Source: an uncultured Mollicutes bacterium (GTDB lineage Bacteria; Bacillota_I; Bacilli_A; RFN20; CAG-826). From it: 45,086 bases of DNA. The DNA lies in assembly GCA_900549975.1 (NCBI GenBank), contig URQK01000002.1, forward strand, positions 1-45,086, given 5' to 3'. Below, one piece after another: positions 16,709 through 26,523 of the stretch (the first letter of the stretch is position 1; each line of letters starts with the position of its first letter). The notes below the pieces were generated by a model. That model was not told the origin of the DNA. It did no database searches and saw only the letters and a list, made by a program, of their open reading frames with translations. Made by a program: the position numbers and the translations under genes.

Positions 16709-18358
16709 ATGGATTTAGAAACAAATTTAAAATCTGCGATTGAAATTGCAGTTAAAAATGCCTTTAATTTAGATGATGTAAAAGACTTAATTATGATTGA
16801 AATACCACGTGATAATAGTTTTGGTGATTATTCCACTAATATCGCAATGCGTTTAGCTAAAACTCTTCATCAAAATCCCAAAGTGATTGCGGAAAAAGTA
16901 AAAGAAGAATTAGAAAAAGTATTGGATAATGTTGAATCAATTACTGTTGCTAATCCAGGATTTATTAACTTTAAAATGAAAAAATCATCTTTGGCAAATA
17001 TTATTAATAATATTCTTGAACAAAATGAAAATTATGGAAGAAATAATATTGGTAATGGCGAGAAAGTTCTAGTGGAATATGTTTCCGCTAACCCAACAGG
17101 AGATTTACATTTAGGACATGCTCGTGGTGCTGCTTGGGGAGATAGTGTTACTCGTTTAATGAATTTCTCAGGATATGATGTTTTACGCGAATATTATGTT
17201 AATGATGCTGGACACCAAATTGATATGCTTGCGGAATCTCTTATCTCTAGATATTTTGATTGTTTTGGAAAAAGTTATCCACTTCCAGAAGATGGATATC
17301 ACGGACCAGACGTCATTAAATTGGCTCATGATTTAGCGGACACAGATGGCGATAAATGGCTTAATGCAGATGTTAATGAACGTAAAGAATATTTTAAAGA
17401 TAAAGGTATTGAATTAGAATTAAATAAAATTAAACGTGACTTAGATTATTACCGTGTTGGTTTTGATTCTTGGATTCATGAAAGATTCTTTTATTTAGAT
17501 AACGCTAAACGTATTAGAGATGTTTTAGACAAAATGAAATCTATGGGGCTAACTTATGAACAAGATGGCGCGTTATGGTTTAAATCTAGCGAATATGGAG
17601 ATGACAAAGATCGTGTTTTAAAGAAAAATGATGGATTATATACATATTTAACTCCTGATATTGCTAATCACGTTTATAAACTTGAAAGAGGATATAATAA
17701 ATTAGTTAACTTCTGGGGTGCAGATCACCATGGTTATGTTAAACGTATGCAATGCGCTTTAGAGGCTCTTGGATATCCTAAAGATGTTTTAGAAGTAGAT
17801 TTAATCCAAATGGTGCGTTTAGTTGATGATGGTGTTGAAGTAAAAATGTCTAAGCGTACAGGTAATGCCGTCACAATTCGTGAATTATGTGATGATATTG
17901 GTGTGGATGCCGCTAGATACTTCTTTGTATGTAAAGATGTTGCTACACATTTTGATTTCGATTTAGGACTTGCACGTAAACAAACCGCGGATAATCCAGT
18001 ATTCTATGTTCAATATGCCTATGCACGTATGAATTCTATCGTTGCTTCAAGCCCAAAATTTGAGAAAGTAAATGATTACAATTTATTAAAAGAAGAAAAA
18101 GAAACCTTATTACTTAAACACATTAATGAGTTCCCTAGTGTCGTTGCGGATGCTGCTAAAACAAGAATGCCAAATAAGATTTGTAACTATGTCCAAAAAT
18201 TAGCGCAATACTTCCATAGTTACTATGGCTCTTTCCGTATTCATGATGATGCAAACATTGAATTATCTAACCAACGTTTAGGCCTAGTATTAGCGACAAT
18301 GGTTACTTTAAAGAATGCTTTAAACCTAATTGGTATTGAAGCAAAAGAAAAAATGTAA
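16709..18358 (+). CDS. argS: arginine--tRNA ligase
   Basis: Class I signature SANPTGDLHLGHARG and MSKRTG; C-terminal anticodon-binding region typical of ArgRS. Confidence 0.95.
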   Translation: MDLETNLKSAIEIAVKNAFNLDDVKDLIMIEIPRDNSFGDYSTNIAMRLAKTLHQNPKVIAEKVKEELEKVLDNVESITVANPGFINFKMKKSSLANIINNILEQNENYGRNNIGNGEKVLVEYVSANPTGDLHLGHARGAAWGDSVTRLMNFSGYDVLREYYVNDAGHQIDMLAESLISRYFDCFGKSYPLPEDGYHGPDVIKLAHDLADTDGDKWLNADVNERKEYFKDKGIELELNKIKRDLDYYRVGFDSWIHERFFYLDNAKRIRDVLDKMKSMGLTYEQDGALWFKSSEYGDDKDRVLKKNDGLYTYLTPDIANHVYKLERGYNKLVNFWGADHHGYVKRMQCALEALGYPKDVLEVDLIQMVRLVDDGVEVKMSKRTGNAVTIRELCDDIGVDAARYFFVCKDVATHFDFDLGLARKQTADNPVFYVQYAYARMNSIVASSPKFEKVNDYNLLKEEKETLLLKHINEFPSVVADAAKTRMPNKICNYVQKLAQYFHSYYGSFRIHDDANIELSNQRLGLVLATMVTLKNALNLIGIEAKEKM

Positions 18359-18493
18359 AAAAAGTTTTTATATAAAATATAAAAAGAAGAAGAAAAGCGC
18401 TTACAATTTAAAATATATATTCATTTTTGTTTTAAAAAATGGCAATATATAGGTGTAGACAAACTAAACATATTTATAGGAGGATATTTAATT

Positions 18494-19525
18494 ATGTCAG
18501 TAAAAGTCGCAATTAACGGATTTGGACGTATCGGCCGTTTAGCATTCAGACAAATGTTTGGTGCAGAAGGATACGAAATTGTTGCAATCAACGATTTAAC
18601 AAGCCCAAAAATGTTGGCTCATTTATTAAAGTATGATTCAGCACAAGGTAGATATGCATTAGCAGATAAAGTTACATGCTCTGCAGATGATGAAGCAGAA
18701 GGATGGATTGCTGTTGATGGTCACAAAATCAGAATCTATGCTGAAAAAGACGCAAACAACTGCCCATGGAAAGAATTAGATGTTGACGTTGTATTAGAAT
18801 GTACAGGTTTCTACTGCTCAAAAGAAAAATCAATGGCTCACATCAATGCTGGTGCAAAGAAAGTTGTTATTTCTGCTCCTGCAGGAAAAGATTTAAAGAC
18901 AATCGTTTACTCTGTTAACCATGAAACATTAACAAAAGAAGATCAAATTATCTCTGCTGCTTCATGTACAACAAACTGCTTAGCTCCAATGGCTAAAGCA
19001 TTAAATGATTTTGCTCCAATTCAAAGTGGTATTATGTTAACAGTTCACGCTTATACTGGTGACCAAATGGTTCTTGATGGACCACATCGTAAAGGTGATT
19101 TAAGAAGAGCACGTGCTGCTGCAGTTAACATTGTTCCTAACTCAACAGGTGCTGCTAAAGCAATCGGATTAGTTATCCCAGAATTAAATGGAAAATTAAT
19201 TGGTTCTGCACAACGTGTACCAGTTCCAACTGGATCAACAACAATTTTAACAGCTGTTGTTAAAGCAAAAGATTTAACAAAAGAAGCTATCAATGCTGCT
19301 ATGAAAGCTGCTAGCAATGAATCATTCGGTTATACAGAAGAATTATTAGTTTCATCTGATATTATTGGTATTACTTATGGATCATTATTTGATGCAACTC
19401 AAACAATGGTTACTAAGATTGCTGATGGCTTATATGAAGTTCAAGTTGTTTCATGGTATGATAATGAAAACAGCTATACTTCACAAATGGTTCGTACAAT
19501 CAAATACTTTGCAGAACACTGCTAA
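18494..19525 (+). CDS. gap: type I glyceraldehyde-3-phosphate dehydrogenase
   Basis: [12 protein letters not shown]-binding motif and active-site SCTTNCLAP; RBS AGGAGG. Confidence 0.96.
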   Translation: MSVKVAINGFGRIGRLAFRQMFGAEGYEIVAINDLTSPKMLAHLLKYDSAQGRYALADKVTCSADDEAEGWIAVDGHKIRIYAEKDANNCPWKELDVDVVLECTGFYCSKEKSMAHINAGAKKVVISAPAGKDLKTIVYSVNHETLTKEDQIISAASCTTNCLAPMAKALNDFAPIQSGIMLTVHAYTGDQMVLDGPHRKGDLRRARAAAVNIVPNSTGAAKAIGLVIPELNGKLIGSAQRVPVPTGSTTILTAVVKAKDLTKEAINAAMKAASNESFGYTEELLVSSDIIGITYGSLFDATQTMVTKIADGLYEVQVVSWYDNENSYTSQMVRTIKYFAEHC

Positions 19526-19543
19526 TTAAGACTTCAATTTAAA

Positions 19544-19575
19544 AAACTCTTGGTAAAAAAACTGAGAGTTTTTTT
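19544..19575 (+). terminator. intrinsic terminator after gap
   Basis: AAACTCT (19544-19550) pairs with AGAGTTT (19565-19571); 14-nt loop; T-run. Confidence 0.6.
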
Positions 19576-19682
19576 CATACTTTTGTCGTTTTAGATAAAA
19601 ATATGAAAAAACTTAGTTTTGAATTATTGAAAAATTTAATATATTAATCCATAATAATTATGGATTTTTTGGAGGATAATTT

Positions 19683-20699
19683 ATGAAGACAATTTTAGTT
19701 ACAGGTGGAGCAGGATTTATTGGTAGTCACACATTAGTTGAATTATTAAATAAGAATTACAAAGTCGTTGTTTTAGATAACTTATGTAATTCATGTAAGG
19801 AAGCTCTTAGAAGAGTAGAAAAAATCACAGGTAAACATGTTGATTTTTATCTTGGCGATATTAGAGATGCTAGTATATACGATAAAATATTTCAAGAACA
19901 TAAAATTGATGCAGTTATTCATTTTGCAGGCTTAAAAGCAGTTGGAGAATCTTGTAAGATTCCTTTAGCATATTATGATAATAATATTTATGGAACATTA
20001 GTTTTACTTGAAGCAATGAATAAATATAATTGTAAAACAATTATTTTCTCTTCATCCGCTACAGTATATGGCACTCCAGAAAGATTACCACTCGATGAAG
20101 AATGTCATTTATCAACAACTAATCCTTATGGATCAACAAAATTGATGCTTGAAAGAATATTAACAGATTTATATAAATCTGATAACGCTTGGAATGTAAT
20201 TCTATTAAGATATTTTAATCCTGTTGGCGCCCATGAATCAGGATTAATTGGTGAAGATCCTAAAGGTATACCAAATAATTTAATGCCATATGTTGCTCAA
20301 GTTGCTACAGGTAAACTTAGTAAAATTAGAGTATTTGGCAATGACTATAATACTCATGATGGTACTGGTGTAAGAGATTATATTCATGTTGTTGATTTGG
20401 CTTTAGGCCACGTCGCAGCTTTAGAACACATTAATACACCAGGAGTTCATATTTATAATTTAGGAACGGGTATTGGATATTCAGTATTAGATATAATTCA
20501 TGCTTTTGAAAAAGCTTGCGGTAAGAAATTACCTTATGAAATCGTTGAACGCCGTCCAGGTGATATTGATGCATGCTATGCAAGTGCTGAAAAAGCTAAA
20601 AAAGATTTACATTGGGTTGCTAAATATAATCTTGAAGATATGTGCAAAAGTCAATGGAATTGGCAAAGTAAAAATCCCTTTGGGTATAATTCAAAATAA
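19683..20699 (+). CDS. galE: UDP-glucose 4-epimerase
   Basis: [11 protein letters not shown] Rossmann motif, YGSTK catalytic motif, full-length GalE-like sequence. Confidence 0.93.
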   Translation: MKTILVTGGAGFIGSHTLVELLNKNYKVVVLDNLCNSCKEALRRVEKITGKHVDFYLGDIRDASIYDKIFQEHKIDAVIHFAGLKAVGESCKIPLAYYDNNIYGTLVLLEAMNKYNCKTIIFSSSATVYGTPERLPLDEECHLSTTNPYGSTKLMLERILTDLYKSDNAWNVILLRYFNPVGAHESGLIGEDPKGIPNNLMPYVAQVATGKLSKIRVFGNDYNTHDGTGVRDYIHVVDLALGHVAALEHINTPGVHIYNLGTGIGYSVLDIIHAFEKACGKKLPYEIVERRPGDIDACYASAEKAKKDLHWVAKYNLEDMCKSQWNWQSKNPFGYNSK

Positions 20700-20716
20700 T
20701 CTTAGTGGGATTTTAA

Positions 20717-21364
20717 ATGAAAAAAAACGTTTTTTTAAAGCCTGCAAGTATTTTAGCAATTATAGGTGGAGCATTACTAATCATAATGTCTTTTGTCACG
20801 ATAATACAAATTGCGAACATTAGAGTTTTTCAATATTATATTGGGTATACTTTAGTTAATGTTATTTTAATAATATTAAGCATAGTTAAAATAGTTTTCT
20901 TTAGCATATCGTTAGCAAATATAAAAAAAATATATAGTAAAAAAACAAAAAAACTCTACATTGTTTCCACATCAATTAATATTAGTATTATGCTGATATT
21001 ATTACTTGATATTATTATTGCTATAAATATGAGTAATAATTTAAGTATTGGCTTTTGTGTATGTTTATTACTAGAAGCAGTAGTAATGCTGTTTGCTATT
21101 ACAGGCATAAAAAATAGTGTTGTGGATGTTGCCATATATTGTTCTAATACAAAAGAAAATATTACTCAAGTTAAAGAACAAAATTCAAGTGTTAAAGATA
21201 GCGTTTATATTAATGCCCCTATTGAAAATAACACTCCCAAAATTATACAAAATAATAACACAAGTTTAGATGTTCTTGAAAAATTATATAATCTTTTGCA
21301 AAAAGGTGTTATCACAAAGGAAGAGTATGAGACAAAGAAAAATAAAATCTTATCAGATTTATAA
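20717..21364 (+). CDS. membrane protein with C-terminal SHOCT domain
   Basis: About four N-terminal TM helices; C-terminal LEKLYNLLQKGVITKEEYETKKNKIL matches the SHOCT pattern. Confidence 0.8.
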   Translation: MKKNVFLKPASILAIIGGALLIIMSFVTIIQIANIRVFQYYIGYTLVNVILIILSIVKIVFFSISLANIKKIYSKKTKKLYIVSTSINISIMLILLLDIIIAINMSNNLSIGFCVCLLLEAVVMLFAITGIKNSVVDVAIYCSNTKENITQVKEQNSSVKDSVYINAPIENNTPKIIQNNNTSLDVLEKLYNLLQKGVITKEEYETKKNKILSDL

Positions 21365-21376
21365 TGGAGGAAAAAA

Positions 21377-22030
21377 ATGAAAAAAAACAAATTATTAACA
21401 CCAGCGGGTGTACTAGGTATTATTGGAGGCTCATTCACTGTTTTGGCTGCAATAGTTATATTAGTGCAAATTATTGTACCATCGGCGATTGACTATTTTC
21501 TAGCGCTATTTGTTGTAGCTATCATCATTTTCTTAGTGGGTGTATTTACTATTATTAGTTGCTCATTATGTCTATATTGCAATAAGAAAAAAACTTATAC
21601 GCCTAAAGGCAAGACGACTTGTTTAATTTCATTAATTGCTAATGGCTCTATTTTGTTATTTAATTTCATAGAGATATCGTTATATTTTTCTGCAACTACT
21701 CCTCACACAATATTGTTTGATTTGTTAGTCGCAATTATTCTTAATATCATCGCTTTGATTTTCTATGCCATTGGTTTTGCTCAAAGTGTACCAGGTTCAC
21801 CAGAAGAAATACAAGATGTATTAACTGGACGAGTAAAACCTATTAATTATCCAGTTGCACAACCATTAGTAAATGGGGAAAGACCAGTTGTGGATAGTCC
21901 GTTACAATCAAAAGATGACACTTCTAATTCGATTGAACTTCTTGAAAAACTATTTGATTTACGTCAAAAAGGTATTATTAGCGAAGAAGAATATGAAGAA
22001 AAGAAAAAAGTCATTTTAGAAAAACTATAA
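21377..22030 (+). CDS. membrane protein with C-terminal SHOCT domain (tandem paralogue)
   Basis: Same architecture as the gene above. MKKNKLLTPAGVLGIIGGSF matches MKKNVFLKPASILAIIGGAL; C-terminal LEKLFDLRQKGIISEEEYEEKKKVIL. Confidence 0.8.
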   Translation: MKKNKLLTPAGVLGIIGGSFTVLAAIVILVQIIVPSAIDYFLALFVVAIIIFLVGVFTIISCSLCLYCNKKKTYTPKGKTTCLISLIANGSILLFNFIEISLYFSATTPHTILFDLLVAIILNIIALIFYAIGFAQSVPGSPEEIQDVLTGRVKPINYPVAQPLVNGERPVVDSPLQSKDDTSNSIELLEKLFDLRQKGIISEEEYEEKKKVILEKL

Positions 22031-22044
22031 TATTTAACTTACTT

Positions 22045-22075
22045 AGCCTAGTACTATTAAATGAACTAGGCTTTT
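22045..22075 (+). terminator. intrinsic terminator
   Basis: AGCCTAGT (22045-22052) pairs with ACTAGGCT (22065-22072); 12-nt loop; T4. Confidence 0.65.
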
Positions 22076-22169
22076 AATATGAACATTTTTCTAAAATTCG
22101 TTATTTACAACCTGTAAACAATATTTTAATATATTTATATATTAAATAGAAACTACTTGAGGTAAAAAA

Positions 22170-23000
22170 ATGATTATAGGCTTTATATTATTGTCATTCA
22201 GTATTATATCTATAGCGCTTATTGAATGGTTGTGCGCTTTATATACAATGTCTTGGACATTTATAGTTATGATAATAGCAATACCAATTTTTTATTTAGT
22301 TTGGTTTTTAATATACATTATTATTTTGTTTGTTTGGTCGCTTTTTATCAATAAAAAGAAAGAAATTAATAAACCTAATAAATTTTATTATTGGATGTGT
22401 CGTCAAACATCAGCACAACTAGTATTGTTATCAAATACTAAAGTGCATGTAACAGGATTAGATAAGATTCCTAATGATAGACGAGTGTTATTTGTATCTA
22501 ATCATACATCTAATTTTGATCAAATAGTACTTTTAAAAGTTCTAAAACAAAAACCAATTATTTGTATCACAAAACCAGAAAATGAAAAGATACCTATTAT
22601 GGGAGCATTTATTCATAAAACTGGATATATTGCAATCGATAGAAAAAATAATTTTAATGCTTTGTCTTCTATATTAAAAGGCGTTATATATTTAAAAAAT
22701 GATTTAGCAGATATGTATGTGGCACCAGAAGGAACAAGAAGTAAAAGCGGTGAATTATTGCCATTTAAAGCAGGAGCGTTTAAAATCGCAACCAAAGCGG
22801 AAGCTCCTATCGTGGTAATTAGTTTACTTAATTGTAATAAGATACATAAAAATTTTCCATTTAAAAGGACACATGTCTATATGGATGTTATTAATGTTAT
22901 TTATTCTGAAGAATATGAAACTATGAATAGCGTGGAAATTAGCGACTTTGTTCGAAATGAAATAAATACTCAACTTAAGAAAAGAAAGGAATCAATTTAA
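22170..23000 (+). CDS. plsC: 1-acyl-sn-glycerol-3-phosphate acyltransferase
   Basis: Acyltransferase motifs NHTSNFD (HX4D) and PEGTRS; N-terminal TM helices. Confidence 0.88.
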   Translation: MIIGFILLSFSIISIALIEWLCALYTMSWTFIVMIIAIPIFYLVWFLIYIIILFVWSLFINKKKEINKPNKFYYWMCRQTSAQLVLLSNTKVHVTGLDKIPNDRRVLFVSNHTSNFDQIVLLKVLKQKPIICITKPENEKIPIMGAFIHKTGYIAIDRKNNFNALSSILKGVIYLKNDLADMYVAPEGTRSKSGELLPFKAGAFKIATKAEAPIVVISLLNCNKIHKNFPFKRTHVYMDVINVIYSEEYETMNSVEISDFVRNEINTQLKKRKESI

Positions 23001-23002
23001 TT

Positions 23003-23854
23003 ATGAATTATTTATTATTTAACCCTTTAGCAGATAATGGAAATGGTGAAAAAACTGCGCTGGAGGCAAAAGAAAAGTTAAAAGCCCGTTTTGGTGAGAT
23101 GGAGAGTAGAAATGTTTTAGAAATTAATTCTAAACAATTTGCTGGTTCGCTTACTAAAAAAGACGTACTAGTTCTTGTCGGTGGAGACGGAACTATTAAT
23201 CATATGGCTAATGAAGTTAGTGATTTAAATGTACCATGTGATATCTATGTTTACAAAGCTGGCACAGGAAATGACTTTTTAAGAGATGTTAGTAATGAAA
23301 TAGATAGTGATGGACTACTATTAATAAACAAATATATAAAACATCTACCTAAAGTAACAATTAACGGAAAAACCACTTTATTTATTAACGGTATTGGTTT
23401 TGGTATTGATGGTCAAGTATGTGAAGTGGCAGATAACATGAAAGCAAAAGGCGTTAAAAAAATTAGTTATCCAGGTATTTCAGTTAAATTGGCTTTGTTT
23501 AAATATAAATGTCCAAAAGCTACAGTTAAAGTTGATGGCAAAGAAATTAAATATAAACGTGTTTGGTTAGCATCAGCAATGAATGGTAGATTTTATGGCG
23601 GCGGTATGATGGTTGCGCCTTCTCAAGATCGTTTAAGTAATAAACTATCAATGGTTTGTATGCATGGTGGCTCTAGAATTAAGGCTTTGATTGTCTTTGT
23701 AGGTATATTCAAAGGCGAGCATGTTAAGCACAAAGAAATGGTTGATATCATTGAAGGTAAGAAAATAGAGGTTACATTTGATCATCCATGCGCTTTACAA
23801 ATTGATGGAGAAACGATTAGAAACGTAACTTCTTATGTGGCTGAAATAGAATAA
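23003..23854 (+). CDS. diacylglycerol/lipid kinase (DAGK catalytic domain, YegS/DgkB-like)
   Basis: GGDGTINHM signature; ~280 aa; starts 2 nt after the plsC stop. Confidence 0.85.
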   Translation: MNYLLFNPLADNGNGEKTALEAKEKLKARFGEMESRNVLEINSKQFAGSLTKKDVLVLVGGDGTINHMANEVSDLNVPCDIYVYKAGTGNDFLRDVSNEIDSDGLLLINKYIKHLPKVTINGKTTLFINGIGFGIDGQVCEVADNMKAKGVKKISYPGISVKLALFKYKCPKATVKVDGKEIKYKRVWLASAMNGRFYGGGMMVAPSQDRLSNKLSMVCMHGGSRIKALIVFVGIFKGEHVKHKEMVDIIEGKKIEVTFDHPCALQIDGETIRNVTSYVAEIE

Positions 23855-23930
23855 TTGTCTTTTTTTTAAAATACCAAAACATTAAAATTCGCCAATAAGA
23901 ATTTTGAAAAATGACAAATTCACGAAAAAG

Positions 23931-23959
23931 TTGAAATTATTGAATTAATAAAATATAGT
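23931..23959 (+). promoter_or_regulatory. candidate sigma-A promoter driving the structured leader
   Basis: TTGAAA (23931-23936), 17-nt spacer, TATAGT (23954-23959). Confidence 0.55.
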
Positions 23960-23965
23960 AGATGT

Positions 23966-24077
23966 GTTAAGAAGATTTTTTGGCGCGCGCCTTGCCCTCA
24001 TAAATCATTACTAATAAACTTAATAGAGTTCCAACAACATTAGTAATTGCATGCCGAGAGTCTTCTTAACTTTTTTT
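23966..24077 (+). promoter_or_regulatory. nested-hairpin leader ending in a T-run (candidate riboswitch or attenuator, class not recognised)
   Basis: Outer helix GTTAAGAAGA (23966-23975) / TCTTCTTAAC (24061-24070), then T7 (24071-24077). Inner perfect helix ATTACTAAT (24007-24015) / ATTAGTAAT (24039-24047). GGCGCGCGCC at 23982-23991 and GCATGC at 24049-24054. Confidence 0.5.
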
Positions 24078-24152
24078 ATTTGAAATCACTTGAAATGCAA
24101 AATAAATAGGCATAAAGTTAACATATAGTAATAGTTGCTTGGAGATGATTTG

Positions 24153-25040
24153 ATGCATATAAAAGAAATTTATGAAAAGCAACAAAAACTCTCTTTATTA
24201 CAATTTATAATTGGAATACCAAAATTTGTTATGGCTTTGATTACAGCAATTACCTCAACTTCTGCAATTTGTTTTTTTGATACTATTGATTCATTAGGAT
24301 ACACTATTGATAGTGCATATATGTTTTTTACATCATCAAAACTAAAAAAAGATGTAAAAGATAAATACAATTATGGTATAGGCAAACTAGAAGCTATTTC
24401 TTCTATTTTTTGTGATGTTTTAGTAATTGGAGGATTAATGGGAATATTGATTTATTCTATTTACCGCATTGTTGTTCCAGTTACATCTATTAAGCATATT
24501 GCAACTATTGTAATTTTAAAATTAATTAGTATTGCATTTGATATATTTTTCGTAATTTCTCAAGCGCTATTAAAGAAGTCTAATAAAAGTAAAATTACGG
24601 AATGTGAATTGTTTAAGGTGTTAGGCGCATTTGCGTTTGACACAATTTCTTTTCTCTCTTTATTTATAATTTACTATTTAAAGGATTATAAAGTTATGTC
24701 ATATTTGCCATTTGTTTTAGCTTTACCAGTTATAAGTTATTTGTTTGTAGATTGTATTAAACGTATTAAAGAATCAGTTCATGAATTAACTGATAAAACA
24801 ATTTCTCAAGAAAAGCAAAATATAATCAAACAAATAATTGCTAATTATAAGTATGGATATCAAGAAGTTATCTCTATTAATACTCGTCAAGTGAACAATC
24901 AAATTTATGTTGATTTAGTAATGGAATTTGATGGTAATATGGAATATAACAAAATTAAATCATTGTGTGAAATTATATCTTTAGACATTAATACTGAAAT
25001 ACATAATGCTAAAGTAACAATAAGAATTCCGGATAAATAA
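24153..25040 (+). CDS. cation diffusion facilitator (CDF)-like membrane transporter
   Basis: Start moved to ATG 24153 (GGAG 24141-24144). Six TM segments plus a C-terminal cytoplasmic domain. YNYGIGKLEAISS resembles the CDF loop motif. Assignment is by eye only. Confidence 0.55.
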   Translation: MHIKEIYEKQQKLSLLQFIIGIPKFVMALITAITSTSAICFFDTIDSLGYTIDSAYMFFTSSKLKKDVKDKYNYGIGKLEAISSIFCDVLVIGGLMGILIYSIYRIVVPVTSIKHIATIVILKLISIAFDIFFVISQALLKKSNKSKITECELFKVLGAFAFDTISFLSLFIIYYLKDYKVMSYLPFVLALPVISYLFVDCIKRIKESVHELTDKTISQEKQNIIKQIIANYKYGYQEVISINTRQVNNQIYVDLVMEFDGNMEYNKIKSLCEIISLDINTEIHNAKVTIRIPDK

Positions 25041-25105
25041 ATATAATATTTGTTTTATGCATGTTTTATGCTAAAATTTTTCTAATAACGAAGGAGCAAT
25101 ATAAT

Positions 25106-26458
25106 ATGAAAAAACTAAAGAAAATTTTAATATCAGCAATATTATTAGTTGTTGCTTCTTCATGTGAAATTCATTTTATTAGCAATTCCTCTAATAGTAA
25201 TTCTATAGAAACTTCAACGTCTATATCTGGATCAGTTGTACCATCACCAATTAGTTCTTCAAATAATAATTCAAGCAGTGCTAGTTCCAATGGTAGTTTT
25301 ATTGATACTAAACCAAGTAATTCAAACTCATCAAGTACCAGTGTTATTAAAGACTTAAAAACGTTATCAATTACCAGCAATATTAATGTTGGCAAATATG
25401 ATACCAACTGGGGCGATTTTTCTTTTGACGGTTATGATTTTGAATATTATCGAGCGGAATATAACTATGGAGGATTACTTACCCTTCAGACCTTTGAAAG
25501 TCCATTTGAAAACATTCAATCCTTAGAAGGAATGATATATAATGTTTCACCAATATATGGTATGTCAACAATTGAAATAACTTATAAAACTATATCCGCT
25601 AGTAAAAAGCCAATTTTAAGATTTGGAAAAAATTATTTGTTACAAGACTTTTTAGAAATGGAAATTGAAAATCAAAGTAATGCAACATATACATATAATG
25701 TTTATGATTGTAATTTCTTTAAAATAGAAACAAATAAAGCCAATATGGAAATAAGTAAGATTGTTATAAAATATACAGGAATAAAAACTACTTTTGATAA
25801 TAAATATTTATCTTCTGGTTTAAATATCAATCGTTTAAATCCAGTTAGTTGTAGTGATGTTTATAATGGATTAACAGTGCGTGTACCAATAAAAGTTAGT
25901 TATAATAATTCTACTTATACAGTTTTAGAAGAAAAAGAATATACATATTATTCTTATGATTATATTTCTAGTAATACTAGTTTGGCCGATAAAGCTGCTT
26001 ATACTGATCCAATGGATGTGGCAATATACTTTAATACTTTTAAAACATATCCAGCAAATTATGTAAGTAAAAGAAATTATCGTAATGCTTATAGCATATT
26101 TAAATCTAATACTCGCTGTGTATCTAATTATGATCGCACTGATGGGTATGCCACTAATATTCCATATGTAAAAAACAAGTATACAGGAACACCTATTTAT
26201 TATGAATGTGACATAGCTTTGGATGATTCATATAGTTCAAGCAATAGAGGATCAGCAAGATTGGTTGTTTGGTTAGATGGTTTTAATCAACAATATGCCA
26301 CAAATTATAATGATTCTCCTGTTTCGTTATATACTGACGATCATTATTCGACTTTTTCTGAATATTTAAATGATGGTACATTTGGTAGATTTTTTAACGC
26401 AGAGCAAAATAGTACATCATTTGTTTGGGGATGTGCTAATACAATAATAAGCCAATAA
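25106..26458 (+). CDS. lipoprotein with C-terminal barnase-family (microbial RNase) domain
   Basis: Start moved to ATG 25106 (GAAGGAG). Lipobox LLVVASS|C followed by an S/N-rich linker. The C-terminal ~130 aa align by eye to barnase: DVAIYFNTFKTYPANYVSK ~ GVADYLQTYHKLPDNYITK; YYECDI ~ WREADI; NRGSARLVV ~ RNSDRILY; YTDDHYSTFSEY ~ KTTDHYQTFTKI. Confidence 0.75.
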   Translation: MKKLKKILISAILLVVASSCEIHFISNSSNSNSIETSTSISGSVVPSPISSSNNNSSSASSNGSFIDTKPSNSNSSSTSVIKDLKTLSITSNINVGKYDTNWGDFSFDGYDFEYYRAEYNYGGLLTLQTFESPFENIQSLEGMIYNVSPIYGMSTIEITYKTISASKKPILRFGKNYLLQDFLEMEIENQSNATYTYNVYDCNFFKIETNKANMEISKIVIKYTGIKTTFDNKYLSSGLNINRLNPVSCSDVYNGLTVRVPIKVSYNNSTYTVLEEKEYTYYSYDYISSNTSLADKAAYTDPMDVAIYFNTFKTYPANYVSKRNYRNAYSIFKSNTRCVSNYDRTDGYATNIPYVKNKYTGTPIYYECDIALDDSYSSSNRGSARLVVWLDGFNQQYATNYNDSPVSLYTDDHYSTFSEYLNDGTFGRFFNAEQNSTSFVWGCANTIISQ

Positions 26459-26523
26459 TTTTTTGAACTATTAAATTTGTTATACATATGATAAAATTAA
26501 TTGAAAAAGGAGAGAAATTATTT

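Noticed and set aside
18392-18405. cre (CcpA) site GAAAAGCGCTTACA upstream of gap
   Set aside because: It matches 12 of 14 positions of TGWAANCGNTNWCA but lacks the conserved 5' TG. A single occurrence with an AAGCGCTT palindrome could be chance. It is worth a motif scan, not a call.
20500-20823. 107-aa + strand ORF overlapping the galE 3' end and the first SHOCT gene
   Set aside because: It is out of frame with two clearly real genes and has no RBS or motif.
26459-26523. Purine riboswitch upstream of the purine permease
   Set aside because: The spacer is only 65 nt including the RBS. There is no three-way-junction aptamer or terminator.
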